Below, piece after piece: positions 10,201 to 18,874 of a stretch of 27,381 nt of DNA (positions within the stretch are counted from its first letter, which is position 1; the number at the start of each line of letters is the position of its first letter). The notes under the pieces were generated by a model that saw nothing but the letters and a program-made list of their open reading frames with translations, did not search any database and was not told where the DNA came from. The DNA comes from a virus (Duplodnaviria > Caudoviricetes): positions 1 through 27,381 of IMG/VR virus record IMGVR_UViG_3300029822_000060; one strand, 5' to 3'. Position numbers and translations under genes: made by a program.

Positions 10201-11329
10201 TTCTCACTCGTGGGTTGTATTGATCTAAATATAAAACGAGATACTCCCATACCGATTTTTTCTTATTTTTCATAATCGGTTGAGTTAAAGAGATATTTGG
10301 TAATTGAATAACTTCCAGCCCTTTTGTTTCGCTCATTAAATTAATCACATACGAATATTGTTTAGTCGCTTTGTTATAGGTTTCATTCCAATTATCGATT
10401 AAATAGCGTTTTCTAATTATCTTTAATAACGGGCTATTGGCGGTCTTTTCGACAAAGATGGCGTTTATTACATAATCTCCCGTAATTACTGCTGAACGAT
10501 TTATAAATGTTATAAAAGTGTTATATGGCTCGGTTGTTTCAGTAACCTCATAACCATCGATGGTTTTCTTGATAAAATAGGTCTTTTCATTGATAATAAT
10601 TTTATTATTTGCGTTTGATAAAACTTGATAGTCTTCAATTTCCTCCCCGATAGTTAATGAACTTTTTAATATCTTTTCCCGATATGTAAAAGTATTCGGA
10701 GTTTGAGATTCGGTTTGTGGATATAACCACATCCCGCTAATAAACGATTGTCGGTTTTCGATTGGATCAAATAATACTTGTTTGTTGTCTATTCTTAATG
10801 AATACTTCCCATTTTCATAGATAATTTGAGCGTATAATTTATTGCCATAAAGTGGATTTTCTAATTCTAAAACAACGTTACTTACCAAAGTCGCAGTGAA
10901 TGTTCTATGATTGTAATTGATACCACGCCTGATATACATAAACACTTTGAGATTGCTGTGTAGTTCATGCGTTGTTTCCATCCCTAAAATACTGCGGATA
11001 ATTTGATCCATTGTAGGATGATGTATATCGTAAAAATCAGTATAATTAGTATATCTCGTCATCTCCACTTCTTCATAATCTGCACCCGTTTCTTTAATCT
11101 CGGTTTCTACAACTAAACCATCCTCAAAGTATTGTTCGTTGGTAAAACTAATTCTCGCTGCCCCACTATCAACTTCGATAAGCACATCATCGAAAGGTTT
11201 CATTTTGATTTTAGGCGAATTTTGAACCTTGATAATGGCACTGTCTAATGTTTCGTTTAGTTCATTAGTCATTACAAAATTAGTCGAGATATTATCGACC
11301 GGTTTATTATTAATCCATACTTTTGTCAA
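7202..11329 (-). CDS. Large tail tip / baseplate hub protein (1375 aa)
   Basis: TTG start overlapping the upstream stop; N-terminal NELNETLDSAIIKV resembles tail hub proteins; position after the neck genes. Function inferred from synteny. Confidence 0.6.
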   Translation of the reverse strand: MTKVWINNKPVDNISTNFVMTNELNETLDSAIIKVQNSPKIKMKPFDDVLIEVDSGAARISFTNEQYFEDGLVVETEIKETGADYEEVEMTRYTNYTDFYDIHHPTMDQIIRSILGMETTHELHSNLKVFMYIRRGINYNHRTFTATLVSNVVLELENPLYGNKLYAQIIYENGKYSLRIDNKQVLFDPIENRQSFISGMWLYPQTESQTPNTFTYREKILKSSLTIGEEIEDYQVLSNANNKIIINEKTYFIKKTIDGYEVTETTEPYNTFITFINRSAVITGDYVINAIFVEKTANSPLLKIIRKRYLIDNWNETYNKATKQYSYVINLMSETKGLEVIQLPNISLTQPIMKNKKKSVWEYLVLYLDQYNPRVRIAGEFNTWTYQPKYKLDPELESVFSNIYAPDFSLNNPNLRDLLSYLMITRDRTPMVENNVIKALDLSARGKAFNLDNITDIQRSMDSESYTQNLKKNYNNALSQDNSVRFVEKMGFRNSDDGLLTLENMRLETRYPIYKINKILMCYYKRIVVKKTVEDTGEDAMMLIKQDITPLVLTNEARNLLSKDWNDFENVNPITITELAQYRLATLGYDIGSKFISGWGTSYTYPSGWWSTSEKTYIENILRVMDLHISPLGINAYNIVRDAFNKGTIVTPKSTTSYHGNVISPFSDDSNVGTLKFKGLFFEIDYNGFYNGTLIHSKDNDFGNITINDNPSSSLTLLESDGIFQKEKLNRLGNEIVALAGKYTYLSQVQDIGAVYDDDVVIFKSVISVGNNEVKANYYGSKDYVMKNYFTSVFAKHRTSNLLSYGESVIRSENKKMFLVLDKEKYINEKEQAISFKNFSSPEFEILSGLRPNERMTSKDDFKKPNQINKGFFYKDNAAYISDVNRFVSGNSMAFNIQMFDNVSGGVFIKEKEPSVVGAKQDWYLLVDDNETGFIENIGVYFCHLDIETEYETLPQAYNKAKIDAIYDDKLLKLPYENIEPNDQKNLIGGVYKVNKDNKEILDYTLQIEAVATSPDIIITPKMLELSDLIGNVNKVEQTYEVNDVAGGGFVDQAFISSVKTPGRGTIQLNIDPTDFASLNVGDTANFVAKWEYGTGDDLRINKVYITGKEIKSVSTSEIKIQCDFEVWYGVFIPDLWLEIYGPSPYRGNVDFTFKRLNTGTSATNPLFYNQPDTAGKYSFGVVISPTDVNLLPDDNISNGKWNGYTNPNAEKADFIDVLYLLTVGEQITTIYEKNLFIIERREKIQKHTITEEITDADIDFDVDTGKKYYHNTSLVVSDVYQYEIHNGKPALKITLLPGDFETIELWYKSNGSYKLMLAVNLTETDRLNGFVRIYLSLISNADKRVYDKNNNLIGEIKELSADEINDNLQKYRII

Positions 11330-11826
11330 TTTTGTGTCCCCCTACTACCATTGTTTAACCCTGCTCTTGTTTGTTGAAAGGCTGTTTGAATATTTGTGGT
11401 ATTAAGTCCCATCATCGTTTGGTCTTGTCGCTTAAATATGTTAAATGCTTCATTTGCTGTCCAACCGACCGCAGCTACTGCTGCTCCTGCCCAATTCCCG
11501 ACTGCGAACCCACCAGCAACCGAAACTCCAAAACTTACCACCTTATTAATCGATGTCAAAGCGTTATCGACATTTCGCTGCATTAAGTAATTTTCTTTCA
11601 GTGTAAAGTTTTTATTCATATAGTAAAATGCGGCGTTTTTCACTAACCCCTTGACTTGATTAAACGCTTGATTAACCACCACACTTGAAACCAGTGTCCC
11701 CTCTTTAATCGTTTCTATCGTTTCGGTTGTTTCGGTATTTTGCACCTTTTCGATTATCTTTTGCGATTGCGATGGAGTTGCCGCCCCTTTTGATACTATT
11801 TCAATAACAATTTTCCGTGTTTCCAT
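11326..11826 (-). CDS. Virion protein with Gly/Ala hydrophobic hairpin (possible minimal tape measure or ejection protein)
   Basis: VVSFGVSVAGGFAVGNWAGAAVAAVGW; sits in the tape-measure position just before the hub gene. Confidence 0.5.
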   Translation of the reverse strand: METRKIVIEIVSKGAATPSQSQKIIEKVQNTETTETIETIKEGTLVSSVVVNQAFNQVKGLVKNAAFYYMNKNFTLKENYLMQRNVDNALTSINKVVSFGVSVAGGFAVGNWAGAAVAAVGWTANEAFNIFKRQDQTMMGLNTTNIQTAFQQTRAGLNNGSRGTQN

Positions 11827-12611
11827 TACTGAGCCCTCGTAAGTGTTAAACTGACCGCTGGTAAACTCGCTAATTCATTAGCGTTTTCATAATCGACTAA
11901 TTGTAAATTAATATCGGTAAAAGTTTTATTTCGGTAAATAAAGCGACATTTATATTTGCGGTCGATGGTGTGTTCACCAAATATCATTTCTAAAATTTCA
12001 TTAAACATAAAATTGTCCGTTTGGTATAGCACGATATTGACCGTTAAGGTACTTTGTAAAGGCACTGCAAAAGTATTGGCGGTTGGATGATCAACAAACG
12101 CATCAGGACTAACCTGTATCGCAAAGTTAATGCGACTACTGATTAAATCAAGAGCGACATATTTATCGCCATCAAAGACTGCAAATTCGGTTAATGCGTT
12201 CATATTCTCACTAATCAGTAGCGTTCCCGACATTGTATAAAGTCCACGATAGCCATCGTAATATTCGTTAAAAGCCCCTACTAATTCGGGGGTTAAATAA
12301 AACTGCTTAATAGTAAAGTCTGCATTTTCTTTAGTGTTATAACTTTCGGCATAAGCATATAATAACGCTTGTGTAATTTCAATGTTATTATACTCGCTTA
12401 AAATACTTAATTGCACCGGCATTAAAGTTTGCCCGGCGGTTATTGCACTCTCAAAATAACTAATCACTATAATAATGCGGTTTTTCTTTGGTTTTAATGT
12501 GTCGATGTTTCGTTCATTACTCACGATTAACTCGATATCATTATATAGTTCATTCGTGTTCATTAATCGCCGAAAGTTTGCATATATCAGTTCATTGATT
12601 TTATTAATCAT
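11826..12611 (-). CDS. Putative tail terminator/tail tube-like structural protein
   Basis: Beta-rich 261-aa ORF after the neck genes, translationally coupled; function by synteny only. Confidence 0.45.
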   Translation of the reverse strand: MINKINELIYANFRRLMNTNELYNDIELIVSNERNIDTLKPKKNRIIIVISYFESAITAGQTLMPVQLSILSEYNNIEITQALLYAYAESYNTKENADFTIKQFYLTPELVGAFNEYYDGYRGLYTMSGTLLISENMNALTEFAVFDGDKYVALDLISSRINFAIQVSPDAFVDHPTANTFAVPLQSTLTVNIVLYQTDNFMFNEILEMIFGEHTIDRKYKCRFIYRNKTFTDINLQLVDYENANELASLPAVSLTLTRAQ

Positions 12612-12930
12612 TGACTATCCTCCCCTTTATTCCATTGTTTTTCATCCAAGTAAATATGGCTAATTCGATCGCTCTTTCGACATAGTTTTTATGCGATTTA
12701 CTAAAACCACCTTTTTTATTGACCGCCTCCGCATATGACCCTTTTCCCGTATAAACAATCGCACCCTCTTTTGTGAATAGTTTAAGGTCATACATTTCAG
12801 CGGGTATCTCGACCGTTGCCGACTTGCCATCATAACTGACTTTAATGGTGTCCCTTAAATTACCGCTTAAATAAATGGTTGAAAACTCATCCACTAATTC
12901 ACGATGAATTAATTTAGCAAGTTCAAGCAT
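12604..12930 (-). CDS. Putative neck/tail completion protein (HK97 gp10-like)
   Basis: SGNLRDTIKV and YAEAVN resemble the TGxLxxSI / YAxxV motifs; synteny. Confidence 0.55.
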   Translation of the reverse strand: MLELAKLIHRELVDEFSTIYLSGNLRDTIKVSYDGKSATVEIPAEMYDLKLFTKEGAIVYTGKGSYAEAVNKKGGFSKSHKNYVERAIELAIFTWMKNNGIKGRIVND

Positions 12931-13255
12931 CGAAACCTCGTAAAGAAATATAATACTTGTAAAATGGTCGAGTCATGTTCTCCGTAGTCATCGCCACCTT
13001 TTGAATATTCGCCACTCGCCACCAACCGCCACGAATACGCAGTTTAGCGTTGATTTTAAGGTCTTGTAAGTCATCTACACTCTCAATGGTAAAACCAGCC
13101 CCAGTGGTCATAAAAACGCCACTGATGATGTTGGCATCTTTGCCCGTTGCACTCGCTTCCTTAAAGCGGACACGCTTAACGATAGTTTCGTGTTCTAAGC
13201 CATCTTTAATGCCCCAGAGTTCGGCAATCTCGTTATAACTGCGTTTGCTTATCAT
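12923..13255 (-). CDS. Putative head-closure protein (SPP1 gp16-like)
   Basis: 110 aa ending LKINAKLRIRGGWWRVANI...YYISLR; follows the adaptor gene. Confidence 0.55.
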   Translation of the reverse strand: MISKRSYNEIAELWGIKDGLEHETIVKRVRFKEASATGKDANIISGVFMTTGAGFTIESVDDLQDLKINAKLRIRGGWWRVANIQKVAMTTENMTRPFYKYYISLRGFDA

Positions 13256-14175
13256 AAAATCTCCACGAGTTTAGAGTTCGCACTTAAAAATGTTAAAGAT
13301 ATATCATAACATTCATAACTCTTAATCTTAACTCCATTTAAGAAGTAATGAACATTTGATGGCGACCCCGCGATTCTGTGAATAGATAAAACTTTGCCAA
13401 TACTATCGGATAATGTAATAGTTTCTTGTTGGTCATTATCCACTATATATGTAGGATCTTGTCCCGTTGCCGATACGGTATCAAAAACGATTAAGTAATT
13501 TTTAATCAGAGTCTCCACCGAATCGAGAAATAAAAAACCCTGACCATCTCTAAAAGTTTGCCCGAAACCACTACCATTTAGCCCATCCGTTCCATCCGTT
13601 CCCGGTATTCCTTGTCCGACAGCCGTTACTCCCGTATCTAATCCGCCAATCCACCAGTGTCCGTTATCGCCGATAAAAGGTGTTAAACCATCTTTTCCCG
13701 GTTCGCCTTTTTGACCGACAACACTATTGACTACTTGTGAAGTTGCTACTCCACCTGTATAATATCCACCACGCTTGACAATGCGAGTGTTTAAGAAACC
13801 ACCATTTTCTAAATGTAACATTGAATTGGGCGAAACCGATAATTCATTGATCGTTGAACGACCCGCAATAACTCCACGCTCTTTATCGTAGCCGCTATCA
13901 ACCGAGATATCCCCCATCCGTAAAACATAATATGCTTGTTCGAGTAAGGCATATTTATATTGCTCTTTTTGGTTATTGTTTAATGTTTCCCAAAATTGCG
14001 ATACATTGTAGAAATAATTAGCGTTGATCCACGCTTCAAGTCTATTCTCGATTCTTGCAATATACGCTGCTACTTTACCACTTTCATTGTCGCCGTTTGG
14101 CAATTCAATTTGTAGGTCAATTCCAAAATACTGCTTAAATTCATCTGCTGTTATATATCTTGTTTTGAATTCCAT
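13252..14175 (-). CDS. Head-tail adaptor fused to a collagen-like/appendage domain
   Basis: N-terminus YITADEFKQY...KYALLEQAYY (gp15/gp6-like); C-terminal half has GQKGEPGKDGLTPFIGDNGHWWIGGLDTG and GIPGTDGTDGLNG. Confidence 0.75.
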   Translation of the reverse strand: MEFKTRYITADEFKQYFGIDLQIELPNGDNESGKVAAYIARIENRLEAWINANYFYNVSQFWETLNNNQKEQYKYALLEQAYYVLRMGDISVDSGYDKERGVIAGRSTINELSVSPNSMLHLENGGFLNTRIVKRGGYYTGGVATSQVVNSVVGQKGEPGKDGLTPFIGDNGHWWIGGLDTGVTAVGQGIPGTDGTDGLNGSGFGQTFRDGQGFLFLDSVETLIKNYLIVFDTVSATGQDPTYIVDNDQQETITLSDSIGKVLSIHRIAGSPSNVHYFLNGVKIKSYECYDISLTFLSANSKLVEIL

Positions 14176-14202
14176 AATAACTCCTTAATTGTCTATACCT
14201 TT

Positions 14203-14213
14203 ATTTTAACATA
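14203..14213 (-). promoter_or_regulatory. Extended -10 element TATGTTAAAAT
   Basis: TGnTAAAAT right after the capsid terminator; identical 11-mer at 16317-16327. Confidence 0.5.
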
Positions 14214-14242
14214 AAAAAAGGAGAGTGAATAATCACTCCCCC
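14213..14242 (-). terminator. Intrinsic terminator after the major capsid gene
   Basis: GGGGAGTGA-TTAT-TCACTCTCC followed by T7. Confidence 0.85.
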
Positions 14243-14265
14243 CGTTTTTACTATTTTTTAGTAAA

Positions 14266-15534
14266 TTAAGCACCTTTTGGAATTGATGTGTATTGCGCAC
14301 TAACAGCGATGACTTTGCCATCTTTAACAAGAGCGAAGTAACCTTTATCGCCAGTGAATGCATTGTATTCTGTTCCAACCGTAATTGCTACTGCGGATGC
14401 ATGATCGGCGATTGCATCACCAACTGCGAAGCCTGTATCACCAGCAACACCGTATAATGCTCCGGTTAATCCGAGTGGTAAGGTTGCATAAGCAGTTACT
14501 TTCGTTTTACCGGTTGCTCCAGCTTCTAATGCGACATTGACTCTTGCGGCTTTACTCGTTGCAGCTTCAGTGCCAACATGGGCATATACCGCACTTTGTA
14601 ATTTTGCAGGAACGAATAAATCGTGATAGAGTTCAAAGTTGATTTTGTAACCATTGAAATCTTGCACTTGTTCTGGTGTGAAAATGCGAACATCATCAAC
14701 CTTAACAACTGGGAGTGCAACGGTTTTATCAACTAATAAGAAGTTAATAATCTTTGAGTCTGCTTTTGGGAAGAATCCTTTTAAGCCGACATTGACTTCG
14801 GTAAAGAAGCGGTTTGATGGAACTTCTTCAATAATCCGACCATCATATTTCGTAATCGCAAAGGTGACGCCCTCTGTCCGACTACGATATTCATCTTGTG
14901 TAAGTCTCTTTTGTAATTCAGTCGTGTTGCGAACTAATGTCATAACTGCAGGACTGACAAAGAACACTTGATTTTCAGCGACCGATTCGGCTTCCGTAAG
15001 CCATTCAATAGCGGCGTTAAATTTGCCGATGATTTCATTTGCCGAGATAGCGGCTTCGACTCTATTGCCAAGTAAGGTGTTTGTGAATCCCGCTAATTTT
15101 GAGAACCGAGTAACGTCGATTTCCGGGACAACTTTCGTGCGGACAAATTCCGACACTGCATATCCAACTAATAAACCAGCGTTTTCCTCATCGTCGGCTT
15201 TGTCGATTTTTAATTGCGCCCCACGATGATAGGCAAGTTGGAATACTTCCCATTCAGCACCGACATCACTTGGGAGGTAACCACGACCAGTGGAATCTCC
15301 TGCGTTAAATTCGGTATAACCAGCAGCGGCAGTGATGTCACCATTTGCTCCCCGTTTGTAATCTGATAAACCATCAAATGCGAGGTTTAATACTTTTACG
15401 ATGTTTCCACCGGCAAAGTCGAGGTTGATTCGCTTTGCATCTGCTTCTAAAACTCTCGATTTACTTTCAGCCGCTAAAATTTGCACGACTGCATCACGAG
15501 TATATTTTTCAATTAATGCGATTTTGTTTGCCAT
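14266..15534 (-). CDS. Major capsid protein (HK97 fold) with C-terminal extension
   Basis: GLSDYKR, LKIDKADDEE, FVRTKVVPEIDVTRFSKLA, LYHDLFV motifs of Bacillota phage capsids; SD AAGGAG; follows scaffold; followed by a terminator. Confidence 0.9.
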   Translation of the reverse strand: MANKIALIEKYTRDAVVQILAAESKSRVLEADAKRINLDFAGGNIVKVLNLAFDGLSDYKRGANGDITAAAGYTEFNAGDSTGRGYLPSDVGAEWEVFQLAYHRGAQLKIDKADDEENAGLLVGYAVSEFVRTKVVPEIDVTRFSKLAGFTNTLLGNRVEAAISANEIIGKFNAAIEWLTEAESVAENQVFFVSPAVMTLVRNTTELQKRLTQDEYRSRTEGVTFAITKYDGRIIEEVPSNRFFTEVNVGLKGFFPKADSKIINFLLVDKTVALPVVKVDDVRIFTPEQVQDFNGYKINFELYHDLFVPAKLQSAVYAHVGTEAATSKAARVNVALEAGATGKTKVTAYATLPLGLTGALYGVAGDTGFAVGDAIADHASAVAITVGTEYNAFTGDKGYFALVKDGKVIAVSAQYTSIPKGA

Positions 15535-15544
15535 TTTGTTCTCC

Positions 15545-15727
15545 TTATACTCCTAATAGTTCAAAGGCTTCTTTTTTGTCTTTTTCCTCTTGGAGTTGTG
15601 CGATCGCCCAATCGTAGTCCTCTTGGGTAATTTCGCCATCTGCAAGTTTTTGATTTAAGACACCGATGAGTTCATCACCATCAAGTCCTTCGCCTATTAG
15701 AGCAATTAATAATTCTTTAATTTCCAT
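15545..15727 (-). CDS. Small acidic head-associated protein (60 aa)
   Basis: SD AAGGAG before ATG 15727 (MEIKELLIALIG...GEITQEDYD...KKEAFELLGV); between scaffold and capsid. Confidence 0.75.
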   Translation of the reverse strand: MEIKELLIALIGEGLDGDELIGVLNQKLADGEITQEDYDWAIAQLQEEKDKKEAFELLGV

Positions 15728-15737
15728 TCTTTGCTCC

Positions 15738-16289
15738 TTATTTCTTGATACCGAATAATTCCATTGCTGTTTTCCGCTCATCTTTTACTGGTGCGGGTTG
15801 GCGTTGTCCACCAATCGTTTGCACTGACTTTTGAGCGACCCACTCCGGATGTGTGATTAATTCAGCCTTTAGCGTTTCCGGTGTCAAGGTTAATTCTTTG
15901 CCTTTAAAGTACGCTTTGACATCATCGTATCGCTTAATGTCGATATTATTCTCGATGAATGTTAATTGTTCTTTGTAGAGCGTGTTTTCGTTTTGTAGGC
16001 TATCAACGATGCTTTTCAGTTCATCCGCTTTTTTAACTTTATCGATAAGTTCTGTAATCGCTTCATCACTCTCGACACCTAATTGTTGGTGGAGTCGGCT
16101 TTTTTGCCGGATAAGGCGATTTCTCACGATTTCGTTCAGCTCTTGTTCGGTGAATGTTTTTACATCGTTATTCTCGATTGTCGGTTCGAGTTCCGTTTCC
16201 TCTACTTTTGTTTCGGTTATTACCTCTACTTCGGTTTCGGTTTCCGTTGGTGGCGTGTCCAACATTGTACCGCCATTTTCTTCAATCAT
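15738..16289 (-). CDS. Capsid scaffolding protein
   Basis: Acidic N-terminus, KTFTEQELNEIVRNRLIRQK motif, coiled coil; upstream of the capsid gene. Confidence 0.9.
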   Translation of the reverse strand: MIEENGGTMLDTPPTETETEVEVITETKVEETELEPTIENNDVKTFTEQELNEIVRNRLIRQKSRLHQQLGVESDEAITELIDKVKKADELKSIVDSLQNENTLYKEQLTFIENNIDIKRYDDVKAYFKGKELTLTPETLKAELITHPEWVAQKSVQTIGGQRQPAPVKDERKTAMELFGIKK

Positions 16290-16316
16290 AGTCTAACCCT
16301 CCTATGTGGTACTTTC

Positions 16317-16327
16317 ATTTTAACATA
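16317..16327 (-). promoter_or_regulatory. Extended -10 element TATGTTAAAAT upstream of scaffold/capsid
   Basis: Identical to 14203-14213; in a short intergenic gap. Confidence 0.5.
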
Positions 16328-16330
16328 TTT

Positions 16331-17272
16331 TTACTTGTTGTTAAGCATTTTTAATACTTCTTCCCATTTTCTTATAAGTAATTTATCTTTATCAATCGCT
16401 TTTTGTAAAATGTGCGTGTGTTTAATCGCCGCCATTTGCTCGTGTAATAATAACCTTTCACGATATTTATCCAACAACGCTTCTATCTCGTTTATCGTGT
16501 AAGTCTTGCGTTTCATATCATGTCTGATAGTTTGCCGCATTGACCGCCGCCCTTTAGCGTGGATCATCCGATTTTGTTTTAGGATATTCGCTGCACTATT
16601 CCCCAATACCTCGCTCACTCGCAAGTCCTTAAAGTAATGGCGACAATTCGGTCTAACCACTAACCACGCCGGTTCAAAGATAACCCATTGGTAAGTATCG
16701 ACATCATGATTGCGGATATACTGTTCTATTTTTAATATCTCTTTATCGTTCTTAACCACTTCCCGCCAATTAGCATCGATATAAACTTTACCTTGATAAT
16801 CTTTGTGATCCACCGCACAATCATTATGGCGACTGCAAATATAAAATACTTTTGGATCATCCGATGGCTCACTGCGATTTATTTCAGCGGTTTTTAGAAG
16901 CAAGTCCTCTTTTTGTTCCCCCTCATATTCTCTCGTGTATTCATAGACTTTTTTTGAAATCTTTTTCGAGAGTTGTCTTTTGTTGATGGCTTGGAATGCT
17001 AAAATCGCCAACCACTCGACCCTTTCTCGGTCTTGTTGCGGTTGTGCTAATTTTAATCTTTTTACTTCGTTAATAGTTTGTTTAGCCGCCATTAAAGTAG
17101 GCGTGAATAAAAACCTATCATTAGTGGTTGTTTTCTTTAATTGGGCGTGTAAGTCTTTTCGCTCATTTACAATCGAGTCATAAATCGTTAATATCGCTTT
17201 ATTCTTGACCGACATCAAGCGGTTCGTTAAAGACTTCTTCCTCAACTGAATCGTTTGTAATTCCCGTTCCAT
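16331..17272 (-). CDS. Minor capsid / head morphogenesis protein
   Basis: CSRHNDCAVDHKDYQGKVY...RPNCRH Cys/His motifs of minor capsid (MuF/SPP1 gp7-like) proteins; directly after portal. Confidence 0.8.
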   Translation of the reverse strand: MERELQTIQLRKKSLTNRLMSVKNKAILTIYDSIVNERKDLHAQLKKTTTNDRFLFTPTLMAAKQTINEVKRLKLAQPQQDRERVEWLAILAFQAINKRQLSKKISKKVYEYTREYEGEQKEDLLLKTAEINRSEPSDDPKVFYICSRHNDCAVDHKDYQGKVYIDANWREVVKNDKEILKIEQYIRNHDVDTYQWVIFEPAWLVVRPNCRHYFKDLRVSEVLGNSAANILKQNRMIHAKGRRSMRQTIRHDMKRKTYTINEIEALLDKYRERLLLHEQMAAIKHTHILQKAIDKDKLLIRKWEEVLKMLNNK

Positions 17273-18806
17273 CGAAATCCTCCAGTGTCAGATTATCCGC
17301 ATTTCTTATTTTATTAAGTCGCTCGACTTCCTCTTGCTTTTCTTCATCACTCATCATTTCGCCCCACAAAGTTTCCACATATTTTTCAGTCGAGATTGTT
17401 CCGCCAGAATATGCGGGAGATAAGTATTGGAGTTTGCTTTCAAAACTTGGGTTTGCGAAGTCATTATAGATAACGCTAAAATCGGCTCTTTCATCACTAA
17501 TTAATTGACCGTTTTTATACATTAATAAATCTAATGCGACATCCACGACATCTTGAATAATCTTTCTTTGAGCGTTGATAATGTTATTACGGGTTAAGAG
17601 CGTGATTTTTTCTTTTTCCCGTTGGGCTTCCGCATTATCTTTTTTCGCAACTTCTATCCCCATTGTCGCTGGGCTTAAAATACCCGTTAAAATTAAATCG
17701 AGTTTGTTTTTCACTTCATAAGCGTATTGCTCAAAGTTTAATTGCGGTTGGCTCGTTTGAATTGTATCAGACCCCACCACGCCATCGCCACTTGGGATAC
17801 TTGCCGGTTTCTTGATAAATTGCCGGTTATACGCCACTGGTAGAATTGGCACTCCATAAGAGTTCTTTTCTAAAACACTTACCGGATAGTATTCAACCGG
17901 AGTGGATACCTTAACCGTTTGACTTGCTTGACTTAACGCTTGATCCAAATCATCGAATAAATCAATCTTACCCGTTAGAATTGACCGCCCATAATTAACA
18001 TCGCTTGGGTCGTGAAATATTCTTGTTGGCACTCCGAGTATTTTCATATAACCCGGAATAAAAATGGTTTCAAGATTTGATAATTCTTTAATCGTGGCTA
18101 ATTCGACCGGGATAATGTTGTTATTTTCTTTTAGTTCAAAGAGGTTATATTCGACATATGACCCCGCTTCTACATTTTCGGTCTTGCGTTTAATCGACCG
18201 AGTTTCAAATAACACATACTTTTTATTATTAACTTCATAGTAGTCAAGATAAATAATTCCCTCTATCCGCCTATTCTTGCCGATGAAACGGACATTCTCG
18301 GCTTCGTAATATTCGATTAACGGATATTCATACGCTTCATCAATGTTAATTTTATACGCTCCCCACCCTTGAGCGAGAGTTAAAGGTAATTGTTCTTGAT
18401 TAACCATGCGGATAAAGTCGTTATCCTCAAGCATTTCATAGATCATATTTTCAAGTTCTTTATCATCGCTTGTGATTTGGTGTTCACCCACCACATTGAC
18501 TAAAGTATTGATAATAGCGTTCGGTATGCCAGAGTGAACTTTTTTAACCATCGCTTCTCGTGTGGCTATCGACCAAAAGTAATTGCGATCCTTAAACCCC
18601 TTACGAGCGGATTCGCCTACCATGTAGTATTGTTCTATCTTATCGCCCTCGCCTAAATACCAGAGTTTGAATTCTTTTGCTTTTGAAATTCGCAAAATTT
18701 CCTCATCGCTGATATATTGAAAATTTATATCATTCGGATTCTTGTGTATGTGCTGTATTCCTAAAAATTCTTTTACTTTTTCTCTAATGTAATCGATAAT
18801 GAGCAT
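17199..18806 (-). CDS. Portal protein (SPP1 gp6/A118-like)
   Basis: 535 aa after TerL; GRSILTG...DDLD, GILSPATMG, acidic C-terminus. Confidence 0.9.
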   Translation of the reverse strand: MLIIDYIREKVKEFLGIQHIHKNPNDINFQYISDEEILRISKAKEFKLWYLGEGDKIEQYYMVGESARKGFKDRNYFWSIATREAMVKKVHSGIPNAIINTLVNVVGEHQITSDDKELENMIYEMLEDNDFIRMVNQEQLPLTLAQGWGAYKINIDEAYEYPLIEYYEAENVRFIGKNRRIEGIIYLDYYEVNNKKYVLFETRSIKRKTENVEAGSYVEYNLFELKENNNIIPVELATIKELSNLETIFIPGYMKILGVPTRIFHDPSDVNYGRSILTGKIDLFDDLDQALSQASQTVKVSTPVEYYPVSVLEKNSYGVPILPVAYNRQFIKKPASIPSGDGVVGSDTIQTSQPQLNFEQYAYEVKNKLDLILTGILSPATMGIEVAKKDNAEAQREKEKITLLTRNNIINAQRKIIQDVVDVALDLLMYKNGQLISDERADFSVIYNDFANPSFESKLQYLSPAYSGGTISTEKYVETLWGEMMSDEEKQEEVERLNKIRNADNLTLEDFDGTGITNDSVEEEVFNEPLDVGQE

Positions 18807-18851
18807 TTGGTTTCCCCCGTTTTCGCATAATTAAATCAGTTCCTTACATTT

Positions 18852-18865
18852 ATTATATACCAAAA
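18852..18865 (-). promoter_or_regulatory. Putative -10 element TTTTGGTATATAAT upstream of portal
   Basis: Near-identical to the motif upstream of TerS. Confidence 0.45.
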
Positions 18866-18874
18866 TGCAATAAA

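Noticed and set aside
14193-14732. Alternative-frame ORFs near the capsid 3' end as a programmed frameshift extension
   Set aside because: No convincing slippery heptamer; the 14193-14378 ORF runs through the terminator.
16190-16250. TCGGTT-type short repeats in the scaffold gene
   Set aside because: Low-complexity Thr/Glu coding typical of scaffold N-termini.
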